Shown here one piece after another: positions 25,871 through 31,016 of a stretch of 31,016 nucleotides of DNA. Location of the stretch: positions 1 through 31,016 of IMG/VR virus record IMGVR_UViG_3300018070_000100; one strand, written 5' to 3'. Each line of letters starts with the position of its first letter. Positions within the stretch are counted from its first letter, which is position 1. Position numbers and translations under genes: made by a program. Origin of the DNA: a virus (Duplodnaviria > Caudoviricetes). The notes beneath the pieces are model-generated. The model was given only the letters and a program-made list of their open reading frames with translations, did not search any database and had not been told where the DNA came from.

Positions 25871-26974
25871 TCAATCTGGCCGTAACGGCATCACGAGATA
25901 AAAATACTCAGAGACATTTATCGGCCTGAAGATCGTAGCCGCCTGAGGCGTCGTCATTTCGATCCGCACTTTCTGGGTATCGATGTGGTTGAGACTATTT
26001 AGGACATAACGTAGGTTAAATGCAATCTCGATCTGCTCGCCGGAGAACTCGCATTCGAGCACTTCCATGCCGATTTTACGGGCATCAGAACATGATCCTG
26101 ACAGAGACAATGTGTTCTGATCGAGACTGAATTTCAACCTATGTGTAAAATCATCTGCGATAATATCAAGGCGCTCTATGGCCTCTATCATCGATTGCCT
26201 GTCCGCAACAGCCACCTTATCCGCATCTCGTGGAATAACCTGATCTATATCAGGATACGGTCCGTTGATGAGATTGCTCACCACCTCGGTATCGTCCGCC
26301 CGAAAGCTCACTTGCACATCCTTGAACGCCACAAAGAATTCTTCTGAGTTCTTTGCTATCTCAGCGATGATAGTCATCGCATCGACTGGAACGATGACTC
26401 CCTGAATGGGCGTCCGACCACCTGCATCATCGCATTGATTCCACGAAAGAGCATGACTGTCGGTTGCAGCCATTATTGTCTTGCCTGTGGCCGTGTTCCA
26501 GTATACGCCATTAAGCGCAGGTCTCGATATATCAGTCGAAACACAGAACGCCACCCTTTTCACGTTAGTGGCAAATCTCTCAGGGTTAAGACGAAATTCA
26601 CCATCACTTTCATGGCTGCGAATCCGAGGAAACTCATCAACCAGCATCGTGGCGAATTCGTATTTGCCATGTTTGCTCGTGATTGCAAGTTGCTTTTCCG
26701 AACTTTCAATCACGATCTCTTCGTCTTGTGGTAACTTTGAAACAAGTTGTGTTAGAGAATTTGCTGGAGCAACAACATCACCCCGAGACTTGTAATCGAC
26801 AGCTATGGTTGTTCTGATCGACAGATTCAAGATGGTGCGACTCAAGACCAGCTTCTGATCTTCGATTTGCATCAATACACCGTCGAGGATCGGCAGCACA
26901 GACCGTGCGACGCGGGCACGATTAACGATGGTAAGCGCTTTCAACAACGCACCAGCGGTTATCTGTAATTTCAT
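25871..26974 (-). CDS. dnaN: DNA polymerase III beta sliding clamp
   Basis: 367 aa; LPILDGV, SRPALNGV, AATDSHAL, LINGPYPD...VIP, IAFNLRYV, YLVMPLR. Confidence 0.95.
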   Translation of the reverse strand: MKLQITAGALLKALTIVNRARVARSVLPILDGVLMQIEDQKLVLSRTILNLSIRTTIAVDYKSRGDVVAPANSLTQLVSKLPQDEEIVIESSEKQLAITSKHGKYEFATMLVDEFPRIRSHESDGEFRLNPERFATNVKRVAFCVSTDISRPALNGVYWNTATGKTIMAATDSHALSWNQCDDAGGRTPIQGVIVPVDAMTIIAEIAKNSEEFFVAFKDVQVSFRADDTEVVSNLINGPYPDIDQVIPRDADKVAVADRQSMIEAIERLDIIADDFTHRLKFSLDQNTLSLSGSCSDARKIGMEVLECEFSGEQIEIAFNLRYVLNSLNHIDTQKVRIEMTTPQAATIFRPINVSEYFYLVMPLRPD

Positions 26975-27168
26975 TTCGATCCTTTCATGTTGCCAGGCTT
27001 ATGAAGCATCATGTGATGTGAGCAGAAAGGAATACTATCAACGTCTGGTAGCGCTCGTTTTACCAACACCGCCAACTCCTCGTCAATATCCTCGATGTCT
27101 ATCATATCACCAGTCGAATGATCCCCACAAATCAGGCATTCGCCGTAATGGATTTTAGTTTGTTTCAT
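26971..27168 (-). CDS. Small hypothetical protein, possible Zn ligand set (CLIC...CSHH)
   Basis: GGAGGAG RBS; ATGA overlap with dnaN. Confidence 0.6.
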   Translation of the reverse strand: MKQTKIHYGECLICGDHSTGDMIDIEDIDEELAVLVKRALPDVDSIPFCSHHMMLHKPGNMKGSK

Positions 27169-27181
27169 TTCTCCTCCAGCA

Positions 27182-27400
27182 TTATAGTTGAGATAATGAC
27201 GGGAAAATAGGATGTTGGATATTCAGTGCTGAATACCAAAGCTGTCTGTCTGCATCCGAATAATAACCTAAGAAATATCCGACATCGCGACCACATTGCT
27301 TTCGCGCTTCTGCTGGATCAGTAAGCATGTTGATAGCAACACAAGTTCGGTTTCGTTTTCGTGTTTCCGCAAAAATATCCAGTATGTATTGTTTCCTCAT
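27182..27400 (-). CDS. Hypothetical protein
   Basis: Start at MRKQYILD after GGAGAGGTGA; VGYFLGYY...HPIF motif. Confidence 0.6.
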   Translation of the reverse strand: MRKQYILDIFAETRKRNRTCVAINMLTDPAEARKQCGRDVGYFLGYYSDADRQLWYSALNIQHPIFPSLSQL

Positions 27401-27407
27401 AATTCGA

Positions 27408-27803
27408 TCACCTCTCCTCCAGCATTTTCCTAACATCCTCTGACAGCTCGTTGAGCTGGTGGATGTTGCCGATGATTTCGTCCTCATTAAAATGGTAGCC
27501 GCTCAAGGCACCACGTCCCAAGTTGGTTGCAGGATCGATAACTATCCATGTCATCGCCTCAGTATCCCATCCGATCAGGTAGGCACGGTGTTCACTGCGC
27601 AGGAGATCCCCACCATAGATTTCCTTATCCTTGTTGTCAGTGTGGTCGGTACAGAGATCAATCCAACATTCTGTTAACTGTACACAGTCAACGGCTAGGC
27701 TACGATCATCTACCCCCAAGTTGAAGTAATAGCTTTCCCTTGTCTCTTTATGCACCGCCCGGAATTTGCCGGGTGGGCTTGTTTGGATTTCAGTCAGGTT
27801 CAT
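27408..27803 (-). CDS. YopX-family protein
   Basis: KFRA...TDNKDKEIYGGDLL...W...EIIGNIHQ. Confidence 0.85.
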   Translation of the reverse strand: MNLTEIQTSPPGKFRAVHKETRESYYFNLGVDDRSLAVDCVQLTECWIDLCTDHTDNKDKEIYGGDLLRSEHRAYLIGWDTEAMTWIVIDPATNLGRGALSGYHFNEDEIIGNIHQLNELSEDVRKMLEER

Positions 27804-27806
27804 TGC

Positions 27807-28127
27807 TCACTCCTCATCAGCATAAAATTCAAGTTGCCATGTTGGTCCGCTCGGTAACCCTGGTTCCAACAAAGAATATACTGCCTTCAACTTTGCTATC
27901 CGCATACCGTGTTCTAATGCTACGGCGAGAGCCTTTAAGGCAGTTGCTAAAGTCCCTGCAAACTCTATAGTTGGATAAGCATACGGATGTCCAGTGCCGC
28001 CTTGACAGGACTGAACGGTCGGTACTCCAGCGTCCCGAAGTATTCTTACTCGATCTCGAATCCCAACATCCAAATCATCCCAATCAAGCTCTGGCAACCC
28101 TTCGGGGACGATTTCAGCCATGTTCAT
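27807..28127 (-). CDS. Hypothetical phage protein
   Basis: ATGA-coupled start at 28127; LDVGIRDRVRILRDAGVPTVQSCQG motif. Confidence 0.65.
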   Translation of the reverse strand: MNMAEIVPEGLPELDWDDLDVGIRDRVRILRDAGVPTVQSCQGGTGHPYAYPTIEFAGTLATALKALAVALEHGMRIAKLKAVYSLLEPGLPSGPTWQLEFYADEE

Positions 28128-28375
28128 GGTTGTTTCTCCTCCTCCTCTGCCGGAATCACTCGCCATTGACCTTCAGTTGTTGGACAGTTGGTGGTGCAAT
28201 TTTCACAATCGCTGCCATCTTTGGCACAGGGAACTTTTCGTCCTGCCACACAATCCTCGCGCGGTTCTTCACAAGGCATCAAATCATCCAGGGAACAACC
28301 GCTATCACATCCGGCCAGCCCATCATAGCCATTGTCCCTTAGATACTTTTCTACGATCTGACGAATGTTCATCAT
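28124..28375 (-). CDS. Small Cys-rich protein, paralog of 30143..30388
   Basis: IVEKYL...DGL...GCSLDDLMPC...C..G.KV.C. Confidence 0.7.
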   Translation of the reverse strand: MMNIRQIVEKYLRDNGYDGLAGCDSGCSLDDLMPCEEPREDCVAGRKVPCAKDGSDCENCTTNCPTTEGQWRVIPAEEEEKQP

Positions 28376-28378
28376 TTC

Positions 28379-28504
28379 TCAAATCCTCTTCCTGTCGTTC
28401 TCATTTCGCATCCAGCCTCGTTCGACACATTGGATAGCTAGCCATACGAGAGGAAATGCAATCACAATCCCTATAAGCATTCCTATCATGATGTTCTCAG
28501 TCAT
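28379..28504 (-). CDS. 41-aa single-pass membrane peptide (not in ORF track)
   Basis: MTENIMIGMLIGIVIAFPLVWLAIQCVERGWMRNENDRKRI; GGAGGTGA upstream; fills the gap between neighbours. Confidence 0.55.
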   Translation of the reverse strand: MTENIMIGMLIGIVIAFPLVWLAIQCVERGWMRNENDRKRI

Positions 28505-28507
28505 TAT

Positions 28508-29065
28508 TCACCTCCCGGTTAGCGCGTGGTCATAGACACGGCGCAGGGCATTGAGGACATCCCCGCGTGGCAATATAGATACAAACTCGCCAGCATACAA
28601 AAGCTCCCTTTTATACCAATCACCTTCTTTGATCCCTCCGATTTCAAACAGGCACGCAGAACATATCCCTTGCTGCTTATTCCTTAGTTTTCGTCCGCAC
28701 TTGATGCACCTTTGTAACGATCCTAAATGCTTCGGAAGTTTAGGCAATTCTCCGAAATGCTTCGGAAGTTTCGGAACTAGCGCATCCCAATCTGTCTTAA
28801 CCTTTATGAATTTGATCTTTGTTACTTTAGGACTCATCTTGCCTCCACAATTCAGAAACTTATTTGCAAATTCACGGCCAGCCATATAGCCGGTTCGATA
28901 AGCACACAATACCGTGTCATCCTTGTCATATTCATCTTCGCATTGTGTTGGTAATTTCATCAATGCCTGCGCTCTCCTACCAAGATCAACAAGTCTACAT
29001 AACAGGAGATTGTCGTGTCCATCTGCGTCTTTCCAATCTTTATCTTTGATACCTGTAATCATCAT
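28508..29065 (-). CDS. Zn-finger protein (CxxCG...CxxC), copy 2; internal start MSPKVTK at 28837 likely
   Basis: CIKCGRKL...GICSAC; same C-terminus LPRGDVL.ALRRVYDHALTGR as copy 1; GGAGG before 28837. Confidence 0.6.
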   Translation of the reverse strand: MMITGIKDKDWKDADGHDNLLLCRLVDLGRRAQALMKLPTQCEDEYDKDDTVLCAYRTGYMAGREFANKFLNCGGKMSPKVTKIKFIKVKTDWDALVPKLPKHFGELPKLPKHLGSLQRCIKCGRKLRNKQQGICSACLFEIGGIKEGDWYKRELLYAGEFVSILPRGDVLNALRRVYDHALTGR

Positions 29066-29248
29066 TTAACCTTCCATAGAACGCAATCAACCCATCCGTC
29101 ATATGCCACATCCCATTTCACAGCAGGAATCTTTACCAGCCTAGTAACGCCTGGATGCATGGATTTCGTCACCAATATCTGCCGATCATCAGTATTGCTC
29201 ATTGCGCATCCTCCATGTTTCGGCCAGATCGTAGAGACTGTTCATCAT

Positions 29249-29485
29249 TCACCTCCCAGTTAGCGCGTGATCATAGACGCGGCGCAGAGCCTTGAGGACA
29301 TCCCCGCGTGGTAACATATACCTATCGTCGCCACATCCCAAGTCATATAAATCATCGGGCTTGACGCCCGCAATCTCAAGCAGACACTTAGTGCATAAAC
29401 CCTGTTGCTTGCTGCTGAGCTTACGACCACATCTGACGCAGTTGATCTGCGGAACGAATTTGATCTTTGTTACTCTAGAACTCAT
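29249..29485 (-). CDS. Zn-finger protein (CxxCG...CxxC), copy 1
   Basis: MSSRVTKIKF...CVRCGRKL...GLCTKC; GGAGG RBS before ATG 29485. Confidence 0.65.
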   Translation of the reverse strand: MSSRVTKIKFVPQINCVRCGRKLSSKQQGLCTKCLLEIAGVKPDDLYDLGCGDDRYMLPRGDVLKALRRVYDHALTGR

Positions 29486-29744
29486 CTTGCCTCCACAGTT
29501 TCGTTGGTTCATGTAGAACGCACTCAACCCATACGCCATACGCCACATCCCATTCCACAGCAGGAATCTTGACCAGCCTACGATCACCAGTGTTGCTCAT
29601 TGCCCCTCCAATCGTAATCCGTGGACAATCATTTCGATCCCAGGTGCGGTGCGGGTTCTAAGCATATCCAGACACCACCAACCAAGGGCGCCTCATGTCC
29701 GCAGATAGGGCAAGTCTGCGTTTCGGCCAGATCGTGCAGGCTTA

Positions 29745-30146
29745 TCATTCCTCCTCCATCCGTTCGATTTCCAGCGTAATACCCGGCGGCGCGATCTCTG
29801 TCGCCCACACCTTCCTCGGCCCACGTTCATAGTGTACTATCTGACTATCATTCACATAGATGATCCCCTGCAACGCATCCCACACCGCCTTGATATAGTT
29901 GTCGAGATCAGGCTTCACAATTGGCCATTTGGTTTTGTTGGATTTTGGGCGAGTTCTCCGAATGGTGATAAAGCGAACAAGCACAGCCCCGATCCACGGG
30001 TCTCCCATATGCTTCAACTTGGCCTGTAAGCTGATGAGCCGTTGCCATGCTATGAGTCGAGGATTCTTCTTCTGTCCATGCCGATATATCTTTGATACGC
30101 TCCAGGGGATCGGCTCACCTTCGACGCGCAGATAGAAGTTGCTCAT
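29745..30146 (-). CDS. rusA: RusA-family Holliday junction resolvase
   Basis: VEGEPIP...KPDLDNYIKAVWDALQGIIYVNDSQIV catalytic motif; ATGA-coupled start at 30146. Confidence 0.92.
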   Translation of the reverse strand: MSNFYLRVEGEPIPWSVSKIYRHGQKKNPRLIAWQRLISLQAKLKHMGDPWIGAVLVRFITIRRTRPKSNKTKWPIVKPDLDNYIKAVWDALQGIIYVNDSQIVHYERGPRKVWATEIAPPGITLEIERMEEE

Positions 30147-30388
30147 GATTTTTTCGGCCTTTCTGAAAGTATGCATCCTCCACTGGTACCAGGATCTCCC
30201 ACACATTCATCATGCTTATAGTAAGGGCATTCCGTGCATAGCACCTTATAACCTGGCTGGCAATGCTCTATCGAATCATTACAGCATGGCATAAGATCAT
30301 CGATGGCACACCCACAGTCATGGACATTGCAAAGCCCATCAAACCTCTGGGCCTTTAGATATTCAAGCACAATTTCTTTGACTGTCAT
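30143..30388 (-). CDS. Small Cys-rich protein
   Basis: MTVKEIVLEYL...DGLC...CGCAIDDLMPC...CQPGYKVLC. Confidence 0.7.
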   Translation of the reverse strand: MTVKEIVLEYLKAQRFDGLCNVHDCGCAIDDLMPCCNDSIEHCQPGYKVLCTECPYYKHDECVGDPGTSGGCILSERPKKS

Positions 30389-30552
30389 TTCACCCTCTCT
30401 TCCACCAGTCGTTTTCCACACCAGGGGCAGAAGACGAATGCAGCAGATTTGGGAAACGTTTTCGTGCCCGTGCGCAGTTGCGCCAGCACTATCGGCCCGT
30501 CCACGAGCTTTATATATTCAGCCTACTTGTCACAATGGGTGCATATCTTCAT
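30385..30552 (-). pseudogene. Small Zn-ribbon ORF interrupted by an in-frame TAG at codon 10
   Basis: MKICTHCDK*AEYIKLVDG...FVFCPWCGKRLVEERVK; GGAG RBS; ATGA overlap with the next gene. Confidence 0.6.
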
Positions 30553-30564
30553 AGCTCAACTCCA

Positions 30565-30864
30565 CTAAAACGGGTGATCTACCGAAACACCCGGATCATT
30601 TAATGCGGCGTCAAATCCTTCTCGGTGTCCCTCTTCAAACGCCTCAGTACGAGCGGCGAGAATCGCGTCTTGAATACCTTCAATCAGCGACTTTTGAGTC
30701 ACTTCGTGCAATGTCAATCGCCCGATAGAGTCCTCAAGTATCAGTACCAAATATCCAGCCCTGGTAAGCGTCTCCGTGACCTGCTCACCATTCCCTGTTT
30801 CGATTTGACAGACAAACTTATCGCCATCTCTGTCGAGCTTTATCAATTGTCTAAATGTACTCAT
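30565..30864 (-). CDS. Hypothetical protein
   Basis: GGAGG RBS; operon orientation; AFEEGHREGFDAA motif. Confidence 0.6.
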   Translation of the reverse strand: MSTFRQLIKLDRDGDKFVCQIETGNGEQVTETLTRAGYLVLILEDSIGRLTLHEVTQKSLIEGIQDAILAARTEAFEEGHREGFDAALNDPGVSVDHPF

Positions 30865-31016
30865 CTCTCAGCAACCTCCAAATTTGCGCAACCACAATTG
30901 GAATTTGTGCATTCCCAAGACTCCTGAGCCGCTGTATCCGATTGGGACACCCATCAACCACTCGACGAATTCCGGGTTCAGTTGCCCACCAACTGCTGAC
31001 TGTAGATTCAATCCCC
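30851..31016 (-). CDS. C-terminus of a C5 cytosine DNA methyltransferase (motif X frame), 5'-truncated
   Basis: Manual translation: WWATEPGIRRVVDGCPNRIQRLRSLGNAQIPIVVAQIWRLLRDEYI*; LGNA.xP is motif X. Confidence 0.8.
   Translation of the reverse strand, partial: GIESTVSSWWATEPGIRRVVDGCPNRIQRLRSLGNAQIPIVVAQIWRLLRDEYI
30868..31016 (-). CDS. Overlapping alternative-frame polypeptide carrying a motif IX-like segment of the C5 methyltransferase
   Basis: GLNLQSAVGGQLNPEFVEWLMGVPIGYSG...*; resembles the motif IX L.P.E..RL.GFP pattern. Confidence 0.65.
   Translation of the reverse strand, partial: GLNLQSAVGGQLNPEFVEWLMGVPIGYSGSGVLGMHKFQLWLRKFGGC

Larger units (their letters stand above)
28508..29748. 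repeat. Diverged tandem duplication of a three-ORF cassette (~28508-29248 and ~29249-29748)
   Basis: Shared blocks TCACCTCCC.GTTAGCGCGTG.TCATAGAC, TTTGATCTTTGTTACT, CAGCAGGAATCTT.ACCAGCCTA, TTTCGGCCAGATCGT. Confidence 0.9.

Noticed and set aside
25871-26974. Host chromosomal origin region
   Set aside because: dnaN is flanked by phage-type genes, with no dnaA, recF or gyrB.
28508-29748. Diversity-generating retroelement TR/VR pair
   Set aside because: Mismatches are not adenine-specific, are mostly synonymous, and no reverse transcriptase is present in the window.
105-30927. Numerous plus-strand and nested alternative-frame ORFs in the track
   Set aside because: They overlap well-supported minus-strand genes and show no recognisable motifs.
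1-31016. Genome-wide TAG recoding
   Set aside because: Long genes are intact under the standard code and TAG ends several genes at sensible boundaries (2120, 19138, 22311, 30565).

Overview
The window is a ~31 kb piece of a tailed dsDNA phage or prophage (siphovirus-like), with essentially all real genes on the minus strand. Reading in transcription order (right to left): the 3' end of a C5 DNA methyltransferase apparently coded in two overlapping frames; small early/middle genes (RusA resolvase, a tandemly duplicated three-ORF cassette, YopX, a DnaN beta clamp, a sigma-region-4-like HTH protein); a ~470 bp dyad-rich non-coding region; then the late operon. The late operon holds a SAM methyltransferase, GpA-type large terminase, GT9-like glycosyltransferase, FkbM methyltransferase, portal, fused protease-capsid, decoration and neck/tail genes, a G/GT chaperone with a -1 slippery site, tape measure, discoidin/LamG tail-tip proteins, a Ser-Pro repeat protein, a YkgJ-like protein, holins, an M15 endolysin and a truncated GT2 glycosyltransferase. 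The most striking pattern is that Ser-Pro (SPSPSP) tracts recur in at least seven unrelated late proteins while the same operon carries two glycosyltransferases and two methyltransferases. This suggests, by inference only, a tag-directed virion glycosylation/methylation system. All family calls come from motif recognition by eye; no database search was run.
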